DNA from: Squalus acanthias | Lineage: Eukaryota | Direction of reading: 5' to 3' | Assembly (NCBI GenBank): GCA_030390025.1 | Contig: CM059449.1 | Location: forward strand, 35,898,001 to 35,962,000 | Length of the DNA: 64,000 bases | Part shown: one piece after another, positions 63,507 to 64,000 of the stretch | Position numbering within the stretch: the first letter of the stretch is position 1 | How the letters are laid out: each line of letters begins with the position of its first letter | Notes under the pieces: model-generated | The model's input: only the letters and a program-made list of their open reading frames with translations | What the model was told of the DNA's origin: nothing | The model's database searches: none | Made by a program: the position numbers and the translations under genes

Positions 63507-64000
63507 TGTAGGATAGAGTGTACCTGTAGGATTTAGTAAACATTATTAAGATTCTATAACCATTTTACATAACTGTAATATGTGGAATTGTATGTTTAAA
63601 AACCTAAAAAACCTGTATAAAATGGCGAATGGCTGAGACCAAAGCATGCTGGGAAAATTATGCCAACCTGACTACAAACATCCCAGGCGATAAAGACTGC
63701 AATCTATCCCAAGTTTCCTATGCATGGTAGAAGTAGTATTTCCACTGGTCTTCTCCCGATGACTCACCGCAGCTTCAATAAAAGGTCTTTATAATCCGGG
63801 AGACACGGTGTAAAATATTGAGATTACCACAGGAGATCGGCAGATCCCTTCTTAGGAACTGTATGCAATAGTGTTGCTGCAGACACTACACCCCTGATGC
63901 AGGGGTCATTTGCACCTTCAACAATGGGATGAAAGTCGGGAGGGATTTACAATGGCCCGTCAGCATTGATATTGGGGATGATATAGTAGCATGGATTGAG

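Noticed and set aside
63507-63890. Possible solo LTR starting TGTAGG and interrupting a CR1 fragment
   Set aside because: No second terminus, TSD or internal sequence could be established.

Overview
Vertebrate genomic DNA, most likely from a shark or other cartilaginous fish (HE1/V-SINE, Deu-type SINE, abundant CR1 LINEs, Penelope-type terminal repeat, Tx1 element). Host genes: (1) a multi-exon non-classical MHC class I-like gene on the minus strand, assembled here from splice signals: two alternative 52-nt leader exons, alpha1, alpha2, alpha3 and TM, spanning 8225-22993, plus an orphan paralogous alpha1 exon at 28987-29246; (2) two two-exon GPR139/GPR142-like class A GPCR paralogs on the plus strand, a multi-stop pseudogene at 276-1165 and a near-intact copy at 47483-50142 with one homopolymer frameshift. 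Both alpha1 exons are 260 nt and appear to lack one nucleotide at the same homologous position. The right third holds a nested insertion: CR1 > Penelope-type inverted-repeat element (13-bp TSD) > head-to-tail dimer of a young full-length Tx1 non-LTR retrotransposon and an internally deleted copy, each headed by the same ~57-nt piece of Penelope arm. A ~750-bp PIF/Harbinger-type MITE family (4 copies, AWT TSD) has co-varying hairpins, promoter motifs and repeated splice donors. Exon and TSD coordinates were counted by hand. Repeat boundaries are approximate, and family names rest on motif recognition, not database searches.
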